Source: a virus
IMG/VR virus record: IMGVR_UViG_3300048599_000388
Span: 1-64,000 of that record
Reading direction: 5' to 3' (one strand)
Length of the DNA stretch: 64,000 nucleotides
Part shown: piece by piece, positions 46,801 to 55,226 of the stretch
Position numbering within the stretch: the stretch's first letter is position 1
Layout: each line of letters opens with the position of its first letter
Position numbers and translations under genes: made by a program
The notes under the pieces: model-generated
Seen by the model: only the letters and a program-made list of their open reading frames with translations
The model's database searches: none
What the model was told of the DNA's origin: nothing

Positions 46801-47787
46801 TACGTTGCCGCCCTGATCTCCGAATATCTTAAATGCGTTTGCTGTCGATAAACCTGCTTTGTTCAGTGCCTCAAACGTTTTGGTAAGGTTGACAGAACCG
46901 TCTTCATTCTTCGCTATTTCAACCCCGAGATTTGCCAGCGCAGCCTTAGCATCCTTGGTCGGGTTTGATAGATCTCCCAGGATGCGCCGGAGCCCTGTTC
47001 CTGCCATAGAAGCGTCAACACCGTTTTGAGCAAATATGCCGAGATACGCTGTCGTTTCTTCAATATTCATGCCAACATTATTCGCCATGCTCGCAACGTA
47101 TTTGAGGCCCTCGACAAGCCCAGACATTGACGTGGTAGTAGCGAGAGAAGTCTTAGACAACACATCCGTCGCACGTCCCGCCTGATCCGCTCCCATACCA
47201 AAAGACGCAAGCACCTTAACGAGGTCTTCAGCGGTATCTTTCATACTGCGTCCCTCAGTAAAGGCAAGATTGAGAGCCGGTCCTATCGATGCGAGTACTT
47301 CTTCGGTCTTAAGTCCCGCTTTTATCAACTCCCCCATTCCTGCAGCAATCTCAGGTGCTGTGAACTGTTTTGCGAGTTCTCGAGCTTTATCTGATAACGC
47401 CTTTAGTTCTTTCTGCCCCGCATCCGTCTTAACGTCTATCTCCCCGAACGCCTGAAGCTTATTCATCTCGTTTTCAAAATCAGCAGCCGTCTTAACAGCC
47501 AATCCCATAGGCGCCGTGATCGCAGCACCCATACCGGTAAGAGTAGCGCCGACACTGGCTAATTTATCGGAAAAACGCTCAACAGACTTATTCATCTTGT
47601 CGAGATGATCCGGAATAGTAGAAAACGCGCCCTTAATCTGATTACCCGCCGCGTCAGCCTTCCCCCCCGCACTAGTCGCACTAATACCAATTTTCTCCAA
47701 CGCCGCACTCATTTGTGCGAGGATTGCAGACCCTTGGTCAACCGCTTTAATTACGAGACTGATACCAATTGAATTGTTGTCGGCCAT
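43855..47787 (-). CDS. Tail tape measure protein
   Basis: 1310 aa; Ala/Gly/Lys/Gln-rich helical protein with hydrophobic Gly/Ala tract; downstream of the chaperone pair. Confidence 0.9.
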   Translation of the reverse strand: MADNNSIGISLVIKAVDQGSAILAQMSAALEKIGISATSAGGKADAAGNQIKGAFSTIPDHLDKMNKSVERFSDKLASVGATLTGMGAAITAPMGLAVKTAADFENEMNKLQAFGEIDVKTDAGQKELKALSDKARELAKQFTAPEIAAGMGELIKAGLKTEEVLASIGPALNLAFTEGRSMKDTAEDLVKVLASFGMGADQAGRATDVLSKTSLATTTSMSGLVEGLKYVASMANNVGMNIEETTAYLGIFAQNGVDASMAGTGLRRILGDLSNPTKDAKAALANLGVEIAKNEDGSVNLTKTFEALNKAGLSTANAFKIFGDQGGNVAITATKNIDAIKKLTVENENAKGSLDKVVSIINKGLGPAWKNFTSALGEVAIALAGPFLESLKGALDQVSAFLRGVSEFSKAHPIITQAITAIVASFGLFVTAAGTVTLGLAGLTYAAKTFGSVLAGSSLLSLGSSVAAIIPSWTALTAAIGSVVSVLGTAGTAIAAFASGPVAIIAAAVAAIVGAVAGGYKILSDRAEAAAVQAETLKRSQADLRRAVAEGFDPSKQIKGVGSAALTTDPYVDLVAKRKQAVVDFVGVNEQLTQAREKDAQSILGGKSAQTKQLEESVSLARQNIDLIQTEINSRLNQKAAVAAVGKEQEKIANVQIGINNLFTDAAKSVVGLDDKLKVAKDTLDTVAKSTEYFYSSLNNIADIRLGNLKNEIEATSASEKVAATEIARVESSAALDRIQNTRAQYAELKKLREDEHVAALSFIDAELAKAATDEKAKMELNKKRSETEKAFRDKSLQDEQKLQDGIVTEIKKQQDVVASILKQRKELEQQIREEAVAAQRAQSDVWQKSIGDIERVKVNYALAVQNLQAANALLPTMPEKAMELAKKARDEFKGLAQDVNGLKNDLVNTFKTNQELLRDMAKKTMSPVAAWKSDLEYVNKLMNEAQALMGQGKFKEAADAAAKAKGEAAKLDKVPEGAGLSQQEVSNKAIGLVAAAAGLEESAKKAGLEFAVQLNQGIQDNIGKASVTVKTAQETLLAANTKQLAINANLLEILSRQFQTMIQQNNERVNGGKGVNIEPPSVQSMIDFMKQQFGAPGTGVPLNGQQGFGGPFGGAYQGAQAGTPGIQTAAQALSNSPEVAKLLGQTDTLLAKSQAESNVMKERMAQLKYLESYTGNLDRKERAGYSTDAGQQTDAKLNSALKSLFGTDTFDFGAIQENIDSMLSRAYQQAKAPVDAYLKQTGGASSDTTQTRQFDSFLEQFKTAISETGAEFKTLAEEGIKTAFGKGVLLEVVLKDDKGGTLGSVRRIV

Positions 47788-47799
47788 ACTATTTTCTCT

Positions 47800-48162
47800 T
47801 TATTTTTCGGGTAACATTCTTTGTTTCCGCTTCTCTACTATCTCTTGTTTACGCTGCAACCGCTGCATCAATGGACTGTTTTTATCAATTCCCTGATACA
47901 CATTCTCCGGGGTAGCATTCGACCTATGCGCAACTTTACCTTTAGCACCCCCGCCGTGCTTTTCAACTAATTTCTCAACCAGAAAAAACAATGTTGCCAA
48001 TGGGTAACGGGCAACCTCAGAGCGAGGATGCCCTTCGTTAATCAGAATTGCGCAGGCATCACCAACGGTATTTAACAGCCCTGTTACGGAGTCGACGTCG
48101 CTCGTTACGCCAGTGCGCCGAGCGCCTCTTTTCCTTCCCGGAACAGGGCCGCCCAGTTTCCC
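47800..48162 (-). CDS. Tail assembly chaperone, -1 frame extension (gpT-like part of the G-T fusion)
   Basis: The -1 frame is open from the slippery site at 48162 to the stop at 47800. Confidence 0.65.
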   Translation of the reverse strand, partial: GKLGGPVPGRKRGARRTGVTSDVDSVTGLLNTVGDACAILINEGHPRSEVARYPLATLFFLVEKLVEKHGGGAKGKVAHRSNATPENVYQGIDKNSPLMQRLQRKQEIVEKRKQRMLPEK

Positions 48163-48464
48163 AGGACATCTGCATTGAAATTTTGAGCCAAAACTACACG
48201 GGCAACCATCGGCACCATTGCTGCCGGTATCCTCGAGAAATCAACGTCGATACATCTCGAAATCAATTCCTTCACGTCACCCTTGGCAGACATTAAAATT
48301 TCAATGTCTGTTTTACCCTCGTTTTTCGCCTGCATCATACGAAAGTATGCGTCAGCCGCATCCAACAGGTGGTCTACTGTCAGAGGGGTGACAGTTACAG
48401 TCACCCCCTCATATGTCACCTGCTTATGCGGAAAAACCTTTTCCAGACTCGTCATCGTTCCCAT
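48105..48464 (-). CDS. Tail assembly chaperone (gpG-like)
   Basis: Lies between the major tail and tape measure genes; contains G_GGA_AAC 17 codons before its stop. Confidence 0.7.
   Translation of the reverse strand: MGTMTSLEKVFPHKQVTYEGVTVTVTPLTVDHLLDAADAYFRMMQAKNEGKTDIEILMSAKGDVKELISRCIDVDFSRIPAAMVPMVARVVLAQNFNADVLGNWAALFREGKEALGALA
48156..48162 (-). promoter_or_regulatory. -1 programmed frameshift slippery heptamer G_GGA_AAC
   Basis: In zero frame as CTG GGA AAC (LGN); the shift gives GGG AAA and a continuous ORF to 47800. Confidence 0.65.
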
Positions 48465-48505
48465 AAATCACCAATTTACTATTTTTTTAGTCGGTCAAAG
48501 ACCGC

Positions 48506-49051
48506 TTACGCTGTCGGTTCTGCAAAAGTGATCGTGAACAACGGGCTGGTCGGATGGTTAGTGTCGTCCGCCAAACCTTCACCCGTGAACGGCAGTTCCT
48601 TGTAGTTTTCCAGGTCGATCAAGTTCGTCCCACCGGACGGCCCGAGTTCGCATTTCCAGAAATCGAAAGTCTTCGCCTCGAACTCGTCACCGTTGTTTTC
48701 CACAAGCCTGACAGCCCACTTCTTCTGCGGATCCTGCAAACCAAGAATGGTCGAGCCAGACACAGTCCCTTTGACCAGCATAGCCCAGTTCAATATGGAA
48801 TGCTCGTCCAAAGAGAAAGAAAGCGTGTACCCTGTTTCGATGACTCGAACATCGTCATACGTTCGCGTAGAGCCCCTGAGATTCGGGTGTTTCAATTTCT
48901 CAACGGTAACCTCAAACGAAAAATTCGTTGCGTTACCAACATCATAGTAATCAGCCTCTTCAGGAGGCGTGTCGCCGTCCCATGGTGCAACGTAAACAAT
49001 CGCACCACCAATCATATACAATTCTACATCGTGAGTCGTCTTGAGAGCCAT
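48506..49051 (-). CDS. Major tail protein
   Basis: 181 aa; immediately upstream of the chaperone pair; strong GGAGG RBS and own promoter-like element. Confidence 0.55.
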   Translation of the reverse strand: MALKTTHDVELYMIGGAIVYVAPWDGDTPPEEADYYDVGNATNFSFEVTVEKLKHPNLRGSTRTYDDVRVIETGYTLSFSLDEHSILNWAMLVKGTVSGSTILGLQDPQKKWAVRLVENNGDEFEAKTFDFWKCELGPSGGTNLIDLENYKELPFTGEGLADDTNHPTSPLFTITFAEPTA

Positions 49052-49065
49052 ATTAATTCCTCCGT

Positions 49066-49114
49066 ATAGTAATTAACGAAACCAAAAGGTCAAAATTCAA
49101 AAGTCAAAATTCAA
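49066..49114 (-). promoter_or_regulatory. Promoter-like element with tandem 12-mers upstream of the major tail gene
   Basis: Minus strand TTGACC (49093-49088)-N16-TACTAT (49071-49066); GTCAAAATTCAA repeated at 49089-49100 and 49103-49114. Confidence 0.4.
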
Positions 49115-49127
49115 CAGTTACAATTGT

Positions 49128-49595
49128 TTAAAAATTCAGGGTCGAAACATAACCAACATCAAATTGAATAGTCTGAACAATCACGTTGTTGCCCAATTCC
49201 GGATACGAATTCTCGCTAGTCACTGTCTCCAATAACGACACCTTCATCGTTCGTGCAGCCCGATAAAGCGCCTTACGCACTTCATCCTGAAATTCTTCTA
49301 TCTCTGTCGGTGCCGCATCCTCTGTGGAACCTGCAAAAAATGATGTTACGCCAAGACCCCAGCTTCGTTGGTATTCAACAGACGATGAAGTTTTGCGAAC
49401 AGGCTTCTCAACCTCATCCGGAAAATCCAAAATCCATATCGCAGGAAAAACCGGAGTCTGCTCGAGCATTTCTTCTAAGCTCATCATGCGCCGGAGATTA
49501 CGTTCAACCAGCTTGACCGGCTCTTCATCCCACTCAACATTCCATAGTTCAGCCTGTAACCCCTCAATTATGGTGTTGCGTGCTGATTCAGACAT
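49128..49595 (-). CDS. Tail completion/terminator-like protein
   Basis: Position between the gp10-like and major tail genes. Confidence 0.4.
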   Translation of the reverse strand: MSESARNTIIEGLQAELWNVEWDEEPVKLVERNLRRMMSLEEMLEQTPVFPAIWILDFPDEVEKPVRKTSSSVEYQRSWGLGVTSFFAGSTEDAAPTEIEEFQDEVRKALYRAARTMKVSLLETVTSENSYPELGNNVIVQTIQFDVGYVSTLNF

Positions 49596-50156
49596 TTATT
49601 TTCCGCCTGCCCTGGAAAGCGTTTTCATAATCTCACGTCGAATAATTGCAACGGCATTATCCAAAAATGCTTGGTCTCTTTCGATAGGTCTCAGGATACC
49701 GCCAACCGCACGACTCGAGAAAATACCGCCTTCTGCGGCAACAGTGCGAGGAGACACTTGACCCTCACCACTGGGGCCGCCGCCGCCAACCAGTATTCCC
49801 TTTCGCGGCTTCCCGATCCCTGGATACAATCCTCGTTCCACAATTGGAGAGTATTTTTCATCGGTATGAGCCCGAATGGTGTTCGCTGTCGTATGCTCGA
49901 ATTTCCATGATTTTTTTAGTGCGCCCGACTTGACCCATCGCCCCTTGCCTTTCGAACCTTTGGTTGGTGTCCCGTCTTTTTTCCTTTTGATTTTCTGATA
50001 TTTAATCCCAACGGGAGTCCCTTTCTGGACACGCCCCTTCAATATCCTCAATAATTGTTCTAGCCCGTAAAACGTGGCAACAGGGATTAACCGGTCCGCC
50101 CTTTTCAGCACGTCCAGGTTGTTTATCTTAAAATTGATAAATGTGCCTTCGGCCAT
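49596..50156 (-). CDS. HK97 gp10-like head-tail component
   Basis: Position, plus ...SGALKKSWKFEH segment. Confidence 0.4.
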   Translation of the reverse strand: MAEGTFINFKINNLDVLKRADRLIPVATFYGLEQLLRILKGRVQKGTPVGIKYQKIKRKKDGTPTKGSKGKGRWVKSGALKKSWKFEHTTANTIRAHTDEKYSPIVERGLYPGIGKPRKGILVGGGGPSGEGQVSPRTVAAEGGIFSSRAVGGILRPIERDQAFLDNAVAIIRREIMKTLSRAGGK

Positions 50157-50171
50157 CCCAGAATTCCCTTA

Positions 50172-50558
50172 TCACCCACCTTTTACAGTGAACGAATATG
50201 TAAACATGTACAGTTTGTCGAACCCTTTAATGTCCAAAATCTGGTTGTCGTGAACAATCACGTCATTGCCAGATGGAACAAACCCTGCATCCGCAACGTC
50301 TTGATACCGAACCATGTAATACCGGTCACCGACCTGGATATCTGGCACCCTAGACGCTGATACCGTCTTTTTGGTATGTCTCAACAAAATGGCTGAAAGC
50401 GGATAGTCCACCTCTTCTGTAACATTCCGTTTAAGCTCAGCATCCCATACAGGTGCTCCCCGCTTCCGATACACGATATCGCAAGGCAACTCATCACCGG
50501 TAAACTGGTCCTCGAGAAAATCGTCTATGGAATCGCCAATCTGTTCCAAAATGTCCAT
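50172..50558 (-). CDS. Head-tail joining/head closure protein
   Basis: 128 aa; position after the connector. Confidence 0.4.
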   Translation of the reverse strand: MDILEQIGDSIDDFLEDQFTGDELPCDIVYRKRGAPVWDAELKRNVTEEVDYPLSAILLRHTKKTVSASRVPDIQVGDRYYMVRYQDVADAGFVPSGNDVIVHDNQILDIKGFDKLYMFTYSFTVKGG

Positions 50559-50573
50559 TAATCCACAACCACC

Positions 50574-51212
50574 CTATGCCACTCTCGGCTGGAGCACCGG
50601 TAAATCTCCAGAATACCCACGAAATCTGGTAATGAACGGCGCAATCTTGATTGCAATCGGGAATTCGTCCGACATAACCAGATTCCGCAATAATGATGCG
50701 CTCTGATAGTTCGTGTCAGCAAATTGAACGGCCAATTGACCGCCCAGATTCACTGACTTCACCGGTGCACCGCCAACACCTTTTGTCGGTGACTTCAAAC
50801 TGGACAGACCGCGATGCACTACCAACCATGCAATATAGGCTTGAGCCTCTTTGATTTTTGTCGGGATACTCAGGATGTCTGTAGCCCCCAATGGAACCCA
50901 CGACCATGACACATACCCACGGAACCCGTCAGTATTCACTATGAAGTCGTAAACAACAGCGTCTTCGCTCTTGCGCTGAACCTGAACCAACCGTGGAAAA
51001 CACAACGCCTGATCGACATATGCCTTATATCCACGCCACGGCAACTGTTCCATAATTTCAGCGGCCGTGGTTAGACGTCCTTCTTTCTGAGCAGTCGTCA
51101 TAGATGTCCAAGCAGTCGTGTCAAATGGCGCTGCTGTCAAATAGGTCGTGGCCTCTGCCACCGTAATCAGCGACGTCCCGCTTGCACTACCTATTGTCGT
51201 ATTAAGCGCCAT
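50574..51212 (-). CDS. gp6-like head-tail connector
   Basis: TTYLTAAPFDTTAWTSMTTAQKEGRLTTAAEIMEQLPWRG. Confidence 0.5.
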   Translation of the reverse strand: MALNTTIGSASGTSLITVAEATTYLTAAPFDTTAWTSMTTAQKEGRLTTAAEIMEQLPWRGYKAYVDQALCFPRLVQVQRKSEDAVVYDFIVNTDGFRGYVSWSWVPLGATDILSIPTKIKEAQAYIAWLVVHRGLSSLKSPTKGVGGAPVKSVNLGGQLAVQFADTNYQSASLLRNLVMSDEFPIAIKIAPFITRFRGYSGDLPVLQPRVA

Positions 51213-51242
51213 TCATAATCCTCTGTATCAACTAACTACCAA

Positions 51243-51506
51243 CTACCACGCCGTTTTCCACTCGAACTGCACGCCAAGCGCAGACTGTATTTCACTGTCT
51301 GTCTGCTGTTTTTCTTCACTGACACACCGAAATAACGCCTGACCACTCTCACCCCGCTTCATCACTAAAACATCAGCAACGCTTTCCGGAACCGGAGCAT
51401 CCTGGCCACCGATAAAATGATAAGTTTTACCGGCGATGCGCACAGATGACGCAACGCCGGATTTCCTCAACGAACGAACCGAAATCATGAAGTTGACACT
51501 CCTCAC
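51243..51506 (-). CDS. Hypothetical head-associated protein
   Basis: Directly downstream of the capsid gene. Confidence 0.4.
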   Translation of the reverse strand: MRSVNFMISVRSLRKSGVASSVRIAGKTYHFIGGQDAPVPESVADVLVMKRGESGQALFRCVSEEKQQTDSEIQSALGVQFEWKTAW

Positions 51507-51605
51507 ACCTAAAGGCGGGGGATTCTCAGGCCACCAACCAAAAATAATTGGTTTACACCTGATGGTTCTGCCCGAACCTGATTTTTAAAAACCTGGAACG
51601 ACCGA

Positions 51606-52553
51606 TTACACGGTCACAATGTTACCGTTGACGTCGAGACCTTCCATCAGCACGCAACCGTCAACCTCGAAAATTTTGAAATCGAGGCGCATGGTCATAC
51701 CGAAGTAAACGATTTCATCCAACGGATAATCATACCGGAACGTTCTGATGTCACGATATACGCCGGGTTTGAGGTTCAACCGGCTGGTGAGCGCCATTTC
51801 CCCAGCATTGGCAGCCGCAAAAGAATAGAGCGGAATCCCATTCCATGTCGGGCGCTCAATACCGTTCAGAAGCAGCGTATCACCGGCGCCGGTCTCGCGT
51901 TTGGAGATTTTGTGTTTCCACGCGGCAACGATGTCGTCATCGCAGTAAAAACGCAGATTTCTTTTGTCCATGCGATATCGTTTCGGCAGGGCCAGATACA
52001 TTTCGAGGAACCGATCTTCATTGACCGGCTGTGGGTCTTCAGAATAATCGATACCATTGGCGGTCATCTGCTTCCGAAAACCATTCAGTCTCATCAAAAG
52101 CTTGTCTTCACTGGCAGTATCGCCAAGCCACGCCAACCGCTCCAGGTCAAGAGCGAACCTTTTGGCCATTTTTGCGGCAACGTAATCCTCGGGAGACTGA
52201 TTTTTGGTTAGCAAATCTTCGATGAATTCGTAAGACAGAGGCACCACTGCACGAATTTTCTTGGCTTCCAGCTCTTTCTTGCTGGCGGTCAAGATTCCAT
52301 AATCAGCAGCGTCGGTTCCAACACCTTCCTCTGCACTCACAGTAATCGGTCCACCGAACTCTAAGGATTCCAGTTTGGACACAGAGGCGCCCATGGGCTG
52401 GATGGTCAAATCTTGCATCAGGGTCGGCTCTTCCTGAACAAGCTCGAAAAAATTCGCAAACTGTTCAGGCCCGAATCGGCCGGCAGTCGACAACGTGGTG
52501 GTCGACGTGTTGATCGCCTTTCGCAGCATTGTCGCGGGGGACGGAGCAGCCAT
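51606..52553 (-). CDS. Major capsid protein
   Basis: 315 aa; follows the scaffold gene; strong GGAGGAA RBS. Confidence 0.6.
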   Translation of the reverse strand: MAAPSPATMLRKAINTSTTTLSTAGRFGPEQFANFFELVQEEPTLMQDLTIQPMGASVSKLESLEFGGPITVSAEEGVGTDAADYGILTASKKELEAKKIRAVVPLSYEFIEDLLTKNQSPEDYVAAKMAKRFALDLERLAWLGDTASEDKLLMRLNGFRKQMTANGIDYSEDPQPVNEDRFLEMYLALPKRYRMDKRNLRFYCDDDIVAAWKHKISKRETGAGDTLLLNGIERPTWNGIPLYSFAAANAGEMALTSRLNLKPGVYRDIRTFRYDYPLDEIVYFGMTMRLDFKIFEVDGCVLMEGLDVNGNIVTV

Positions 52554-52684
52554 TTTTCAATTCCTCCAAGAAATATTTTTGAAAATCAACAAACGAAAAT
52601 TCGTTTCGTATTCAATTGGTTAACGTGTGACCGGTGAGTCGTGTTATTATCAATTACACGCCGGTCACAGGGCACTAATTGTCG

Positions 52685-53833
52685 TTACCAGGCGCCGGTA
52701 AACTTGCCCACTGGCGCCTCATACTTGACCTGCGGCTCAGGGTCACCAACGGGCGAAGGGGTTGACGTCGAGTGGGTCAGTGAATCGACTTTCGCCACGA
52801 GTTTCTGAATATCGCCCTTGAGCTCGGAGATCACAGCATCGCTTTTTGCTTTGGCGTCCACGGCAGTATTCGCATCTGCAGCACCGTCAGCACCAGCGCC
52901 GTCAGCGCTTTTTGCCTGTTTCAACGTCTCGAGGTCTGCCTTCACGCTGGTAACAACCGTGGTGAGCTCGGTTATCGCCTTGGAAATGGTTGCGATGGTC
53001 TCAGTTTTTTCAGTCTCTGCCCTCGCAGCATCTTGTTCCGCTTTTTCGGCCTCTCTCAGTTCCTTAAAAACTGCAATCACGTCATCTCGTTCCATATCGT
53101 TCCCTCCAGAAAGTTCGGTATTATCAACCGTATTGGCGTCATCCGCCTTATTAATAGAGTTCTTGGGCACGTCTCGCTTCGTTGTGTCCCGTTTCGGCAT
53201 ATCGCCTTTCATGGCGCTCGCCGGTATTTCATCCAAAATGGCATTCAAGAAATCCCAAAAATTGCTCAACGCATTCATGATGGTCGTTTTACGTTTCTTC
53301 GGGTCAGCAGCAGCCTGATATAGACTTGCCCAAAGAATATCCGTGAAATTCCACAACTGAGACTGAATCACATCCCCTGCAGAAGTCTGATATGATGCCG
53401 GCACAGTAATCATAGGGATAGAGGCTTTCTGAACCTTGGCAACAGCGTCACCCTTCAGTTTTCCCGTTACCGCCCAACCCTCACCAACCGGTATGGCGTC
53501 CAACGATTTCTCGTCAAACTCGCTCTTGTGAATCACGGTATACCGTGTCACTGTCGGAAATTCGGCCTTTTCGCATTTGTCCAACTCGAGTGCAGACATC
53601 CACTCGTTACCGGGCTGTTTCTTGAGTTCATCAAATTCTGCGGTATTCGGTAAAATAAATGATTGGATTACTTGTCCAGCCATATTGTCTCCATATTCCA
53701 TATCTGCTTTAATAATTTGAAATGGTGTAGCGACAGCACCTTGTGGAACAATACTGATGAATTCAACGTCCAAACCGCTAAGTTTGTTCATTGGAATCAG
53801 TTTTTCCACAGATTCGACTGTCACAATAGCCAT
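52685..53833 (-). CDS. Scaffold protein with XkdF-like N-terminal segment
   Basis: VEFISIVPQGAVATPFQIIKAD N-terminus; Ala/Glu/Lys coiled-coil C-terminal half. Confidence 0.55.
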   Translation of the reverse strand: MAIVTVESVEKLIPMNKLSGLDVEFISIVPQGAVATPFQIIKADMEYGDNMAGQVIQSFILPNTAEFDELKKQPGNEWMSALELDKCEKAEFPTVTRYTVIHKSEFDEKSLDAIPVGEGWAVTGKLKGDAVAKVQKASIPMITVPASYQTSAGDVIQSQLWNFTDILWASLYQAAADPKKRKTTIMNALSNFWDFLNAILDEIPASAMKGDMPKRDTTKRDVPKNSINKADDANTVDNTELSGGNDMERDDVIAVFKELREAEKAEQDAARAETEKTETIATISKAITELTTVVTSVKADLETLKQAKSADGAGADGAADANTAVDAKAKSDAVISELKGDIQKLVAKVDSLTHSTSTPSPVGDPEPQVKYEAPVGKFTGAW

Positions 53834-54504
53834 TAATTAGGATTGCCCTCATTGTCAAAAATGGTCCGATGCGCATGATCCGCAGTAATTCCAGTGGCTG
53901 TCGGGCTTTTCATTTCGTGCTTGTGCCCAAAAGTTACACCCGTGAATGTCGGAATCATCCTGCCTTCATCGTTCCAAGAAACATCTGCATCATGTGTGTG
54001 TGGCGGAAATGGGTCTTCATCAAGACTCAATTCAGTGGTGCCGACCGATTTGACGGGATGGATAACTTTAGCAATTACAGTTTCCGAAAACGACTCCCCG
54101 TCCAAACTAAAACCGTTCAATTCCCCTTTCCGCACTGCATCACACACGTCCGCATCATTAATTTGAACAGCAACCACCCATTGCTCTGGGGGAAAATCTG
54201 GGTCCCCTTTGCGAGTAAAAAAATTTTCCACGACAGCAGCATCAATTTTTTGGCGTTCGTGGTAAATATCTATATTTTTAACAATTCCCTTTGCCATCCA
54301 TTGATGGCACGCCTTCTCAACGTCACCCGGTTCCGCCCCGTCCTTCTGCGTATCAACTCGCATAGACGGATACACGACGCCCCAAACCGTAATTTGGTCG
54401 CCGCTGTCAGCCTGTTTTAAAATATTAAATTGTTGTGAAGCCATACCGTTGTTGCTAACGCCAAAAACCAATACATAATTAAAACAAACAGTTAATTGAT
54501 TCAA
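53833..54504 (-). CDS. XkdF-like prohead protease candidate (probable start 54444)
   Basis: ITVWGVVYPSMRVDTQKDGAEPGDVEKACHQWM ... VRKGELNGFSLDG resembles PBSX XkdF. Confidence 0.65.
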   Translation of the reverse strand: MNQLTVCFNYVLVFGVSNNGMASQQFNILKQADSGDQITVWGVVYPSMRVDTQKDGAEPGDVEKACHQWMAKGIVKNIDIYHERQKIDAAVVENFFTRKGDPDFPPEQWVVAVQINDADVCDAVRKGELNGFSLDGESFSETVIAKVIHPVKSVGTTELSLDEDPFPPHTHDADVSWNDEGRMIPTFTGVTFGHKHEMKSPTATGITADHAHRTIFDNEGNPN

Positions 54505-54533
54505 TTACACAAATTACAAATGATTAAAAACAC

Positions 54534-54562
54534 TTGCAAACAATTCGCAAAATCGATATATC
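54534..54562 (+). promoter_or_regulatory. Sigma70-like promoter TTGCAA-N17-TATATC
   Basis: Read directly; about 85 nt upstream of ATG 54647. Confidence 0.35.
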
Positions 54563-54577
54563 AACCGTTAATTTCGA

Positions 54578-54955
54578 GTGCAAGAAAAATTTTCAGAAAT
54601 TAGCGAAAAAATTGAAAAAAGTGATGACACAGAAAAGGAGAATCCTATGGTAGAACTAGACGAGAATGGTAATCAAGTCGAGCCAGTTGAACCAGTCATT
54701 CCCGCTGAGCCCCCCATTGCCGAACCTGTCCCCGAAATAAATCGTGTCGACAAATTCGGACCGGTTTGGGGAGACTCCACGGTATCTGCGGCCGGTCACA
54801 AGGTAACAGTGGTTATCGACAATCCCTTGCCGGATTCCGACCGAATTACCATTGAGACCGACGAAGCAAAAGTGGCTGCGCTCATCACAAAGGCAGTGGC
54901 CGGCATGCTGCTCTCGTCTGGAAATTCTCAAATCAAATTCTTTGACGGGAAATAA
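54578..54955 (+). CDS. Acidic Pro/Glu-rich hypothetical protein (probable start 54647)
   Basis: AAGGAG RBS before MVELDENGNQ. Confidence 0.5.
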   Translation: MQEKFSEISEKIEKSDDTEKENPMVELDENGNQVEPVEPVIPAEPPIAEPVPEINRVDKFGPVWGDSTVSAAGHKVTVVIDNPLPDSDRITIETDEAKVAALITKAVAGMLLSSGNSQIKFFDGK

Positions 54956-55026
54956 GAATCCATATATGGATAAGAAGAACAACGCGTAGAGATGCGCACA
55001 ACAATTTCCTGTATTACTCTTTTCTT

Positions 55027-55112
55027 AATCGACGGGCTGTCTTGAATGGATCCCCCTTTAAGTCCTGAAAAGGCCGTGCACGAACTCCTTTCCTACCTTT
55101 AGCCCGTCGATT
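55027..55112. repeat. 12-bp perfect inverted repeat AATCGACGGGCT / AGCCCGTCGATT enclosing 62 nt
   Basis: 55027-55038 vs 55101-55112; inner AAAGG...CCTTT sub-hairpin. Confidence 0.8.
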
Positions 55113-55226
55113 CTTTCTCTCGCCACCTGCTGCTGTGCAAAAACTACCCCTTGACAACGGCTCAAAATTCCCTACCATCAAATTATATAATTTGTACAAA
55201 ACCAAAAAAACTAGGAGGTAGGCAAT

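Noticed and set aside
51530-51560. AACCAA-N6-TTGGTT hairpin as a terminator after the capsid gene
   Set aside because: The stem is a 6-bp AT-rich stem with no following U-tract on the transcribed strand.
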